Shown: in pieces, positions 1-8,566 of the stretch
Layout: each line of letters opens with the position of its first letter
How positions within the stretch are numbered: position 1 is the stretch's first letter
Assembly: GCA_040755995.1 (NCBI GenBank)
Contig: JBFMAF010000012.1
Location: 1-64,000, forward strand
Reading direction: 5' to 3'
Source: Acidobacteriota bacterium
GTDB lineage: Bacteria; Acidobacteriota; CAIWXX01
DNA length: 64,000 nt
Notes under the pieces: generated by a model
Told to the model about the DNA's origin: nothing
The model's input: the letters and a program-made list of their open reading frames with translations, nothing else
Databases searched by the model: none
Made by a program: the position numbers and the translations under genes

Positions 1-77
1 TTCCCGCCCTTCAGACGGAGGTGCAGCACCTCCAGCCGTTGGCCCGCATATGGATGACATGGGTGCGTGATGACCAC
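1..77 (-). CDS. Partial DUF5372-like small protein running off the window edge
   Basis: A minus frame not in the track reads VVITHPCHPYAGQRLEVLHLRLKGG. The HPxHPxxG motif resembles DUF5372/Y4bD-type proteins. Confidence 0.35.
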   Translation of the reverse strand, partial: MVITHPCHPYAGQRLEVLHLRLKGG

Positions 78-358
78 CGATTCATTCCTGACTCTCCTTG
101 AGTAGGCATTTCTTTCATCACTACGCGAAGTAGTGCACGAGCTGGGTATTTTCTTGTGGGATATGCGAAGTGAGGCGCGCGATCCAGGGTGAGGACCCCG
201 GCGGCCATGATCCCCGTGCGTGCCTTCGTCTCCTATGCGGTTCTCTTCGGCGACTTCTTTATCACCGTTCCCCGCTCATCGACGCAGCGAGCCACGCTGC
301 TCGCGCTCTGTACCGCCTTCGTGCTCACGCCGCCGTGACCCCGGCCAGGAGGGCGAAA

Positions 359-1120
359 TCAGGGGTCGCTCTGCAATCCGAGGAACCGCCGCAGAGCCGC
401 GAACAATGGTGCCGGGCGCACGGAGACGCGCCGGTCGGCAAAGAACAGCCCCCTCTTCCCGTATTTCGCGTTCACTTGCCCATGCCAGGTCACGCTGAAG
501 CCGGCTCGCCCCAAGCCTGCACCAAGGTCTTCAACAGCAAACTCCTCGCAATTCGGGATTCGGACGTGCGGCGCCAGTTGGGCCCGCAGCTCGTGGCATT
601 CGCCGACAATGCGGTCGACGCGCCCGAGCAGCCTGGAGGTGAGAAGAATTGGGAATTCCGCGCCCTCGCAGTCGATCTTGACTAGATCGATGCGGCGCGC
701 ACCACGGTTGCTTGCCGTTTCGACGACCTCGTCGAACGGCACCACATTGACCAGCGGGCCGTCCGTTTGCAGGATCAATGTCCCGCCGCCGGCGTTCGTG
801 ACGTCACTCGATGCCGAGAAATGCAGCGGCGAGGCTGGAATGTCGGACCGCCAGACAGCGCAGTTGGAGAGCTGGACGCGATCACCAAACGGCGCCAGGT
901 TCCGACTCGCACAGGCATAGTTGGAAGGCTCGGGCTCGAAGCCGTACACTCGAGCTGCACCTCGCACGAGCGCCAAATAGCAGAACGTGCCGATGTGCAT
1001 GCCAATGTCGATGACAACCGCTCCAGGCGCGAAGCGGTCCGGCAGTCGGTACTCATTCCGACGCACGACGAGGTCATAGATCTCGTGGTCATTGGTTCCC
1101 GGCCGGAACGAAAACGTCAT
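359..1120 (-). CDS. FkbM family methyltransferase
   Basis: Motifs VIDIGMHIG, YGFEP and IDLVKIDCEGAE. Confidence 0.9.
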   Translation of the reverse strand: MTFSFRPGTNDHEIYDLVVRRNEYRLPDRFAPGAVVIDIGMHIGTFCYLALVRGAARVYGFEPEPSNYACASRNLAPFGDRVQLSNCAVWRSDIPASPLHFSASSDVTNAGGGTLILQTDGPLVNVVPFDEVVETASNRGARRIDLVKIDCEGAEFPILLTSRLLGRVDRIVGECHELRAQLAPHVRIPNCEEFAVEDLGAGLGRAGFSVTWHGQVNAKYGKRGLFFADRRVSVRPAPLFAALRRFLGLQSDP

Positions 1121-1720
1121 TGATCGTCACCTCTCACACTATCACGGCCGTTGACCATGAGAACCCGCTTCTCTGATCGAAGCATGGAGCCGCCCTCCTC
1201 CGGACACAGGAAACCCTTGTCTGATCCCACCTGGAACTCTCGGAAATCCCCGAGGACACTGGAGGGTGTTGGATAGTCGCGCGTCGCGCAGAAAATCACA
1301 CCCAAACTCACGCGGAAAGGTAACAAGTTCGCAACTCGCTGTCAACGAAGCGAATCGATCGCAGCACCTGTTCGTGACGAGGTACGCACACGTGCTCCTG
1401 CTCCGTCTGGCCATTCCGAAGAAGGGGTTCCGCTCCAGTGTCACATGCATGTCGCAGGATTCACCCATGAAGATCAGGTCATACTCCAGCGGAATGTGCC
1501 GGGTTGGCTCCGCGAACCGCGCACAGAAATCCGCCGGCAACACAACATCGTCCTCCAGGATCAGGGCGGAACGCTGCCCTCTCTCGATGACGTTCCTGAA
1601 GATCCGCTCGTGCTTGAGGAACAAGCTGACCTCCTGCGGCGTCAGTGCATCCTGGGTCACCCGCTCCCGGAACAGGCGACACGGCACCTCATCCCAGTCC
1701 GGGGGTGAGATGTTCCATAG
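1117..1720 (-). pseudogene. Degenerate glycosyltransferase family 25
   Basis: The GT25 core is present (EVSLFLKH, ALILEDDV, YDLIFMG, STCAYLV). The normal N-terminus is missing, the ATG after the promoter opens only MEHLTPGLG*, and a possible C-terminus lies in another frame (1117-1326). Confidence 0.6.
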
Positions 1721-1742
1721 ACTGAGCCTGGAACACGTTTGG

Positions 1743-1771
1743 AAGATAGGATTCCCGGCAGGAGTTGTCAA
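1743..1771 (-). promoter_or_regulatory. Sigma70-like promoter
   Basis: TTGACA-17 nt-TATCTT on the minus strand. Confidence 0.5.
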
Positions 1772-1865
1772 GGCTGGCTGCAATCAATCGCCCCATCGCC
1801 ACGCTGGCCTGTGCCCCTGAAGGGGGATGGCACGTCGCGCGCCTTGGGTGATACAATGCGGCTCA

Positions 1866-2576
1866 ATGGGTATCGAGCCAGAACATCGACTGAGGCCCAC
1901 TAGCCTCTATGACACTCTCAGGAGTGCTGCCGGTCTGAGTTCACGGGCTGATCATTTCTGGGCGAGCTTCCGTCCCTGGGCGCTGTTCCGCCGATTCCCC
2001 CGCCGGTATTTCGAGCGCATTTACGTGGAGCCCGACCCCTGGGACTGTCTGACGAGTCCTTACGAGCTCGCCAAGTACGAGAAGACTCTCTCGCTGCTTC
2101 CGCGCGAGCGGTACGGTCGAGTATTGGACGTCGGCTGCGGCATCGGTGTGTTGACCGGGAAGCTGGCTTGGCGGGCCGACTGTCTGGATGCCATCGACAT
2201 CGCGCGGCCTGCGGTGGAACGCGCCCGCCGTCTCTGCCGACACCATCGCCACCTCAGCTTCCGTTCGCCAGATGTTCTGCACTTCTCCGCCCGTCGCCCC
2301 TACGATCTGGTCGTATGCTCGGAAGTCCTTTACTACATGTGGGATCCGGTTTGGGTCCGGCGAGCCGTGAAGCGCAAGCTCGAGAGATTGCTCGCTCCGA
2401 ACGGCCACCTGATCACCTCCTGGGGCGGGTATCGGCTCGTGCAGGACTGGGATGCCGTCTTGCAGCAGGGCGCTCGACTGCGACTGGTGCGCAGCGAAAT
2501 GCTGGACGACCCCGTCCGCCCCTATCGAGTGTCCCTGTTCCAATCTGTGCCGTCTTCCCCGTTGGGTGAGCCGTAA
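1866..2576 (+). CDS. Class I SAM-dependent methyltransferase (NodS-like)
   Basis: N-terminal DPW...SPYELAKY motif, VLDVGCGIG and YDLVVCSEVLYY. The start is placed at ATG 1866, after TGaTACAAT. Confidence 0.85.
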   Translation: MGIEPEHRLRPTSLYDTLRSAAGLSSRADHFWASFRPWALFRRFPRRYFERIYVEPDPWDCLTSPYELAKYEKTLSLLPRERYGRVLDVGCGIGVLTGKLAWRADCLDAIDIARPAVERARRLCRHHRHLSFRSPDVLHFSARRPYDLVVCSEVLYYMWDPVWVRRAVKRKLERLLAPNGHLITSWGGYRLVQDWDAVLQQGARLRLVRSEMLDDPVRPYRVSLFQSVPSSPLGEP

Positions 2577-2584
2577 ACACGCCG

Positions 2585-3685
2585 ATGACGACGGGTGGCA
2601 CCGAAGAACGGATCGATGCCGTCTACTCGTGGGTGGACGGAGAGGACCCTTCCTTCCTCGCTGATTGCCGGCGATGGATCGGCCCGGCGCAAGAGCCGGA
2701 TGCCATCGCGGCCCGGCGTTTTCGTGATAATGGTGAATTGCGGTATTCGCTGCGCTCCATCGAGCGCCACGCGCCGTGGATCGACGGCATTCATTTCGTC
2801 ACCAACGGCCGAATGCCGGAATGGCTCAATACGTCCCATCCGCGCGTCTCCGTCGTCGACCACCGGCAAGTCTTCCCCGATCCTGCCGTTCTGCCCGTCT
2901 TCAACTCCTGTGCCATCGAGCTGAATCTGCACCGGATCCCGGGATTGTCGCGGCGGTTCCTCTATCTGAACGACGATCTCTTCCTGGGCCGCGACCTCAG
3001 CCGCGGCGACTATCTCGTGGGAGATTGCGCGTTTCGCTATTATTTTGAGCCGAACCCGCTACCCATGCGCTCAGGCACGGGCCCTGTCCACGATCGAGCC
3101 TATGCGTACACGAGCGCGGTGCTGAACCGTCTTTCAAAGGGGCGGCGAGTGGAAACGAACAGAGCCGCCTACGTGGTGCCGCGGAGGTACAAGCTGGCAC
3201 CTCCATCGGTCCGCCGCCTCCTGCCGCCTCGCCGGCTGCTTCCGGCGCACGTTCCACAGCTGTACGACCGATGTGTGCTGGAGGAGCTCGAGCGATGGTT
3301 GCCGGTCGAATTCGCCGCCACCCGCGCCCACAGGTTTCGCGCGGCCGATGATCTGGTATTGCGGATCCTCTATGCCTTCTACCTGCTGGAATGCGAGCCC
3401 GCTGGGTGCCGCCTGGAACCGGTGCTCCTGGATTGGGAATCGTCCGACTACCAATTCATAAGCCTGCAAGTTTCGCCCGAAGGAGTCGAAGGCGCTTTCG
3501 CCCGCATGGCTTCGCTCAACCCGCGCTTTCTGTGCGTCAATGACGACCTTGGCGACGTTTTTCCCGATGATCCCGTGCTGGCGCTGTGGCGGCGAGTCCT
3601 GCAGGCTCGTTACCCCGCGCCGTCCTCCTTCGAGAACGTGAAGAGCGCCGGCGCAAGCCTTTCGGCGAATGCGAGTGGCGCGTGA
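2585..3685 (+). CDS. Stealth family protein (putative hexose-1-phosphate transferase)
   Basis: CR1 IDAVYSWVDGEDP; CR2 RFRDNGELRYSLRSI...FNSCAIE...FLYLNDD; CR3 AHVP...HRFR; CR4 FLCVNDD. Confidence 0.92.
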   Translation: MTTGGTEERIDAVYSWVDGEDPSFLADCRRWIGPAQEPDAIAARRFRDNGELRYSLRSIERHAPWIDGIHFVTNGRMPEWLNTSHPRVSVVDHRQVFPDPAVLPVFNSCAIELNLHRIPGLSRRFLYLNDDLFLGRDLSRGDYLVGDCAFRYYFEPNPLPMRSGTGPVHDRAYAYTSAVLNRLSKGRRVETNRAAYVVPRRYKLAPPSVRRLLPPRRLLPAHVPQLYDRCVLEELERWLPVEFAATRAHRFRAADDLVLRILYAFYLLECEPAGCRLEPVLLDWESSDYQFISLQVSPEGVEGAFARMASLNPRFLCVNDDLGDVFPDDPVLALWRRVLQARYPAPSSFENVKSAGASLSANASGA

Positions 3686-4062
3686 GCACTCTGAAGCAAC
3701 GGGCTATCCGCATGTCGCGCATGCTCGCGTGTCGTGGCTTTGCCTGGGCCGGCCTCGGTATGGGATCGACGCTGCTGCGGGCCGCCGCAGAGAACCTGCT
3801 GGCGATTGTCCTGCTCCTTTTCCTGTTCTCCTTCGGCCTGGTCGATCCTTCGCGGATGCCGCGCTGGCTGCCGGATCGCTGCGACGAGCGGCACCCCTGG
3901 GCACAACCCCGGATGGAAGACGCGGCCGCCATGATGCGTCAGGTGGCAGGAGACCGGGCGGCGGCGCGCGCGCGAGCCCGGGCGTGGGTTCCGGCGCTGC
4001 AGCGCGAGTTCTCTTCGCGTGCGGTCGCGGAACGACTTCGACGAGTGCTGAGTGATGGCTGA
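3682..4062 (+). pseudogene. Glycosyltransferase C-terminal remnant
   Basis: WAQPRMEDAAAMMRQV...FSSRAVAERL resembles the C-terminal tail of GT4-type enzymes. The catalytic core is absent. Confidence 0.45.
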
Positions 4063-4957
4063 GACTCCGAACCAGTACCTTTTCGTGTTCGGCCTGAAGA
4101 GGCAGACCGAGCCGTTTCACATCTGTCACTACCTCTGCATCGAATCGTGCTTCCAGGTCAATCGACCCGAACGAATTCTCTTCTACTACCAGCACGAGCC
4201 GTATGGTCGCTACTGGGATCTCGCGAAGCGCCGGCTCACTCTCGTACACGTGCAGCCCGGCCCGGCTTTGGCCGGGTTTCGCTATGGCTGGCGGCACCGC
4301 GGCTGCCGGAAATATCGCTATGCGCACCTTTCCGATTTCATGCGTCTGGAGAAGCTTATCGAGCAGGGCGGCGTGTACGCCGACATCGACACGATCTTCG
4401 TGAACCCGCTGCCCGCAGCCCTGCTCAGAGAGCCGTTCGTCCTCGGCCGCGAGCAGCCCGTCCGCTGCCAGGACACCGGTCTGGTTCGCCCTTCACTTTG
4501 CAACGCTCTGATCGTGTCGCCGCGCGAGGCAGAGTTCGGGCGACGATGGCTCGAAGAGATGCCGCGGGCCTTCAACGGCTCGTGGAGCAATCACTCCACC
4601 TTCCTGCCACAGCGCCTGAGCGAGGAGATCCCGCACGCGATTCATATCGAGCCGAGCCGCAGCTTTTACCCCTGCATGTGGACCGCCGAAGGGATCCGGA
4701 CGATGCTGCAGGGCTGCGACCCGGACACGCGCGGAATTTACAGCATGCACCTGTGGAGCCATCTCTGGTGGTCAAAGCGGCGGCGGGATTTATCCGAGTT
4801 CCACGCCGGATTGCTGACCGAACGTTACATCCGCGAGGTCGACACGACGTACAACCTCATCGCGCGACAGTTCCTGCCGCACGAGCAGGCTATGAAACGG
4901 GATTCGACGAGGGTCCGACTCGCAACGCTTCTGACGTGGGGCTCGGGGAGAAGGTGA
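4052..4957 (+). CDS. Glycosyltransferase with DXD sugar-binding domain (GT32-like)
   Basis: Motifs AHLSDFMRL, GGVYADIDT, LCNA and MHLW. Confidence 0.85.
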   Translation: MMAETPNQYLFVFGLKRQTEPFHICHYLCIESCFQVNRPERILFYYQHEPYGRYWDLAKRRLTLVHVQPGPALAGFRYGWRHRGCRKYRYAHLSDFMRLEKLIEQGGVYADIDTIFVNPLPAALLREPFVLGREQPVRCQDTGLVRPSLCNALIVSPREAEFGRRWLEEMPRAFNGSWSNHSTFLPQRLSEEIPHAIHIEPSRSFYPCMWTAEGIRTMLQGCDPDTRGIYSMHLWSHLWWSKRRRDLSEFHAGLLTERYIREVDTTYNLIARQFLPHEQAMKRDSTRVRLATLLTWGSGRR

Positions 4958-5547
4958 TGCGGCCACAGCTGCTCTACCTTTCGCCGCTGACGCCGGCGCC
5001 ATCGGGGTCGGGCCTGGCCATGCGGGCGTTTCACAACCTGCGGGCGCTCGCCGTGGATCACGACGTGCGGCTGCTGGTCATTCAATACGGACTCCGCGTG
5101 GATTCCGCGGGGATCCACGTGCGGAGCCTGTGTCGGGAAATCGCCGTGCTGAGGCTGTGCGTGCCGGTGGATGCGACGAGGATGGCCATCCAGAGACTGA
5201 TGAGAGCCGGCGGCGCTCGATTCGGACCTGCGCCCCGATGGCCGCTGGAGCTGCGCGGGCTGTCGCGCCGACGGCTGCGAGCTGCCTCACAAGTGTTCCC
5301 CGGCATTCGATTCGACACGATCCATGTCTTCCGGCTCTACCTGGCACCGTACGGTTTCGCCTGCCAATCACGCACGGCTCGAACCGGACAGGCCCCCGTG
5401 CGTCTCCAACTGGATCTCGACGAGATCGAGTCGCGAGCCCGGCGCAGCCTCGGCGATCTCCATCGCGAGCGCGGCTCGTTCCTACGTCGCCCGCGAGCAC
5501 TTCGCCGCGATGCGCGAGGCCGATGTCCCGTCGATGCCCCTTCTTGA
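4957..5547 (+). pseudogene. Truncated GT4 glycosyltransferase (N-terminal part only)
   Basis: MRPQLLYLSPLTPAPSGSGLAMRAFHNLRAL...FDTIHVFRLY...LDLDEIES is GT4-like. The similarity stops near 5470 and the C-terminal Rossmann domain is missing. Confidence 0.65.
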
Positions 5548-5598
5548 TGCTCACGAGAAGGCCGTCACCATGGCCGACCGCCTCCTGCCAGAAAGACC

Positions 5599-5781
5599 AT
5601 GGATTTCTTGAGTGAGGACGACCTCAACATCCAGCGTATGACTGACGCCGAGCTTGCGTCAGCCTGGTATCTCTGGTTCACTCTCGCTCAGACCACCAAC
5701 GGGTACGATGAACCCTATGCACACGGCTGTTTCGTGGGCATTGACCGCGAGGAAATAGAAGCGAGCACCCGGCGTGCTTGA
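5599..5781 (+). CDS. Small acidic hypothetical protein (60 aa)
   Basis: Protein-like sequence MDFLSEDDL...WYLWFTLAQTTN. It overlaps the end of an upstream C-terminal fragment (...LLPERPWIS*). Confidence 0.55.
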   Translation: MDFLSEDDLNIQRMTDAELASAWYLWFTLAQTTNGYDEPYAHGCFVGIDREEIEASTRRA

Positions 5782-5814
5782 CACCGAACCGTCGCATGGC
5801 TCCATTGTGAGCCT

Positions 5815-5900
5815 GGTCGATGGGCTGACGCTCGTGAAGTTCTACCGCGCCAGTCCGGCTACACGCGACGTGCCGCTCATTGTGCTCTCGACAAAGACGG
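5815..5900 (+). pseudogene. Response-regulator receiver fragment
   Basis: VDGLTLVKFYRASPATRDVPLIVLSTK matches the middle of a REC domain. Neither end of the domain is present. Confidence 0.55.
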
Positions 5901-5939
5901 TCGCAATTCACCCTACAGTGCCGAGTGGTGCCGACTGGC

Positions 5940-5968
5940 TTGACATCGGGGAAGCGCCCGTATACGTT
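5940..5968 (+). promoter_or_regulatory. Putative sigma70 promoter of the lasso B1-C genes
   Basis: TTGACA (5940-5945)-17 nt-TACGTT (5963-5968). Confidence 0.45.
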
Positions 5969-6016
5969 ACATCTTCGCCCTGCTGCGAAATAAGTTGCAA
6001 CAGCCGGTCGAGGTGG

Positions 6017-6289
6017 ATGATGCGGGTCAGCATTCCGGATCAGATCCTGATGCAAGAGCTCGAGGACGAGGTTGTGTTGCTCGACCTGGAGAGCGGGCGA
6101 TATTTCGGGTTGGCGGCCGTGGGAGCCAGGGCTTGGCAGCTTCTGAGCGAGACAGGGGATACGGAAGAGACGTTTGCGAAGCTGGCCGGCGAGTACGCCG
6201 TTGACGAAGCCACACTGCGCCGTGACCTGGATGAGTTTTGGCAACAGCTCCTCGATGCGCGTCTCCTCACGGCGGCACCCAAGACTTAG
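6017..6289 (+). CDS. PqqD family RiPP recognition element (lasso B1)
   Basis: QELEDEVVLLDLESGRYFGL..VGARAWQLL...LAGEYAVD...DL is the PqqD pattern. A GAGGT RBS precedes ATG 6017/6020, so the track's N-terminal extension from 5774 is not part of the gene. Confidence 0.9.
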   Translation: MMRVSIPDQILMQELEDEVVLLDLESGRYFGLAAVGARAWQLLSETGDTEETFAKLAGEYAVDEATLRRDLDEFWQQLLDARLLTAAPKT

Positions 6290-6316
6290 CGACCTGACGC
6301 AGGCAAGTGCCTCCCC

Positions 6317-8221
6317 TTGAGCGCGATATACGGCGAGTTTGTCCGGAGTGGTGATCCGGTTGATCCGGGCGCTCTGGATCGCATGGCAGCAGCGATCCGC
6401 TGGCATGGTACGGATGGCGGCGGCCAATGGTCTTCGCATCAGGTTGGACTCGGGCACCTCCTCCACTGCGTGACGCCGGAATCCCGCTTCGAGCGTCAGC
6501 CGTTGGTCGATGGAAGCGGGCGTTTCGTGATCGCAGCGACCGCAAGGCTGGACAACCGCGCAGAGCTGCTCGATGGGCTTGGACTCGGCTCACCTTCCGA
6601 CCGCCCCCTGACCGATCCCGAGATCATCCTGGCGGCCTATGCCGCATGGGGCGAGGAATGCCCCGCCCGCCTGCTCGGTGATTTCGCTTTTGTTGTCTGG
6701 GACGTCACTGAGAGAAAGCTGGTCTGCGTCCGCGACCAGATCGGCATCGGCCCCTTCTACTACTATCTGAGCGACAGCCGTTTCGTGTTCGCCAGCGATC
6801 TGCGCGCTGTCGCCGCGCACCCAGCAGTGCCGCGTCGTCTGAACGAGAGCGCCGTCGCCCTCCACCTGCGTTACGTGCACTACGTCATGCCTCGCGAGAC
6901 CTTCCTTGCCAACGTGTTCAAGCTGTTGCCGGCACATGTCCTCAGTGTCACAGCGGACGGTGTGCGCGAGCGTGCGTACTGGACACCGGAGTCGGCTCCC
7001 GCGATCCGCCTGCCTGATGAGCCGGCTTACACTGAGCGGATGGGCGAACTGTTGAATGAAGCTATCCGCTGCCGATTGCGCTCCCTCCACCCACTGGGGG
7101 CGCACGTGAGCGGGGGGCTCGATTCCTCGGCCGTTGCCTCCATCGCCGTGTGTCAACTGGGAAAACAGGGCAGGACCCTCGCGGGCTTCAGCTGGCTGTG
7201 GCCGCCGACACCATCCGACGATCCCAATGGACCGGGATACGCTGCCAGGCGCGTTGCCTCGGCACTTAGGATCACACTCGAAGAGGTGAAGATCACTCCT
7301 AGGTCGGTCCGGACGGGACTGGACCAGGACATCAGCCTGGATGGCTACACGGATCTCTGGTATGAGCCACTGGTGCGCGCCGAGGCAAGGGCACGTGACA
7401 TCCGCGTTCTGCTCTCGGGCTATGGAGGCGACGAAGCCGTTTCCTATGACGGCAGGGGCTTCCTGGCCGAGCTGTTGCTCAAGGGCAGATGGCAGCGTCT
7501 GGCAAGGCTGATCGCTGCTCGCAGCCGTGGTGCCCCTCATCCCTGGCGACGTGCCCTGGGGACACTCTACAGCCAGGTATGGCTACAGGCTCTGCCTGCC
7601 TGGGCTCCGCTGGTCAGATCTGGAGCTGATTTGCGCAGGATGGACCGCCTCACCGGCATATCACGCGAGTTTGCCGCCCGCACGAGGACGCTCCAATCGG
7701 GATTGAGGGATAATCGCCGTGGCGATGTCCATGCCAGGCAGGCACATTGCCTGATGAGGGGACATCTCCAGGCGCGCATCGAAGTGTGGTCCACACAGGG
7801 AGCACGCGACGGTATCGAGTATCGCTACCCCCTGCTCGACCGCCGGCTCATCGAATTCTGCCTGGGAGTGCCTGGAGAGCTTTTCTTTGGTACGCAGCAG
7901 GGCCGCCATCTGTTCCGCCAGGCTCTCGCCGATGTCTTGCCGGATGATGTCCGTCTGGCCGAGCTCAAGCTCGAACTGAGGCGGGTCGCACAATACATCG
8001 AGGTGATGGACGCTGCCTGTGCTCGGTGGCTCGGGGCGGCTACCGAAGACGAAGCGTACTGGAAGCAGACGTACGCGCCAGCAGCACGGTATCTTGATCT
8101 CCGCTGGGTAGCTCAACACTGCCGCGATGAGCTGGCTCCGAAAGAGCGACTGTCGCGCATGCTCGGACGAGAGCGCCAGATCCAGGTGCTCGTGATGGCG
8201 CGAGGGAGCACTCAGGGTTAG
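6317..8221 (+). CDS. Lasso peptide isopeptide-forming cyclase (asparagine synthetase-like, C protein)
   Basis: Starts MSAIYG, lacking the catalytic Cys of AsnB. Motifs ARLDNRAEL, GDFAFVVWD, SGGLDSS, LLSGYGGDE and YPLLDRRLIEF. It lies between PqqD and the precursor. Confidence 0.9.
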   Translation: MSAIYGEFVRSGDPVDPGALDRMAAAIRWHGTDGGGQWSSHQVGLGHLLHCVTPESRFERQPLVDGSGRFVIAATARLDNRAELLDGLGLGSPSDRPLTDPEIILAAYAAWGEECPARLLGDFAFVVWDVTERKLVCVRDQIGIGPFYYYLSDSRFVFASDLRAVAAHPAVPRRLNESAVALHLRYVHYVMPRETFLANVFKLLPAHVLSVTADGVRERAYWTPESAPAIRLPDEPAYTERMGELLNEAIRCRLRSLHPLGAHVSGGLDSSAVASIAVCQLGKQGRTLAGFSWLWPPTPSDDPNGPGYAARRVASALRITLEEVKITPRSVRTGLDQDISLDGYTDLWYEPLVRAEARARDIRVLLSGYGGDEAVSYDGRGFLAELLLKGRWQRLARLIAARSRGAPHPWRRALGTLYSQVWLQALPAWAPLVRSGADLRRMDRLTGISREFAARTRTLQSGLRDNRRGDVHARQAHCLMRGHLQARIEVWSTQGARDGIEYRYPLLDRRLIEFCLGVPGELFFGTQQGRHLFRQALADVLPDDVRLAELKLELRRVAQYIEVMDAACARWLGAATEDEAYWKQTYAPAARYLDLRWVAQHCRDELAPKERLSRMLGRERQIQVLVMARGSTQG

Positions 8222-8289
8222 AACGCCTGAGACTATAGAGCATGCTACCGCTGCCCCCGCCCGTCCTGCCTGGCTGCCCGGAATCCGTC

Positions 8290-8318
8290 TTGCTGGGACA
8301 TCTGGCGTGTGCTAGCAT
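8290..8318 (+). promoter_or_regulatory. Putative promoter of the precursor gene
   Basis: TTGCTG-17 nt-TAGCAT with an extended -10 TG, followed by a GGGAGGT RBS before ATG 8356. Confidence 0.4.
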
Positions 8319-8355
8319 GGGCCAAGAGCAAGCCCAAGGGTGAGGGAGGTTGCTG

Positions 8356-8505
8356 ATGGATGAGGAACATTCGTTGAAGGCGGATCCCCCCGTCGAACGT
8401 AAAGCATACTCGAAACCAGAGCTTGTGGAGTACGGCAAGGTCAACATGATGACTCTTGGCGGTACCTACCCCCAAATTGAAGGTGGAATCTACACCTCCG
8501 GCTAA
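8356..8505 (+). CDS. Lasso peptide precursor, 49 aa: MDEEHSLKADPPVERKAYSKPELVEYGKVNMMTL|GGTYPQIEGGIYTSG
   Basis: Translated by hand because it is below the track cutoff. It has the YxxPxLxxxG leader motif, Thr at -2, Gly1, a Glu8 acceptor and a strong RBS, and it directly follows the cyclase. Confidence 0.9.
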   Translation: MDEEHSLKADPPVERKAYSKPELVEYGKVNMMTLGGTYPQIEGGIYTSG

Positions 8506-8566
8506 TCTCGTTCGGCCGCGGTGGGATCGCTCCCGCGCGCAGCGAGAAACCGATGCTCCATGTGAC

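Noticed and set aside
4147..5547. 466-aa track ORF as a real gene
   Set aside because: The first part is an off-frame overlap of the GT32 gene. Only the portion from 4957 is GT4-like.
5774..6289. Genuine receiver-PqqD fusion protein (171-aa track ORF)
   Set aside because: The receiver part is only a short sliver, and a promoter-like sequence and RBS lie just before the PqqD start.
6317..8221. Housekeeping asparagine synthetase AsnB
   Set aside because: It lacks the N-terminal catalytic Cys and is flanked by an RRE and a precursor, so a lasso cyclase fits better.
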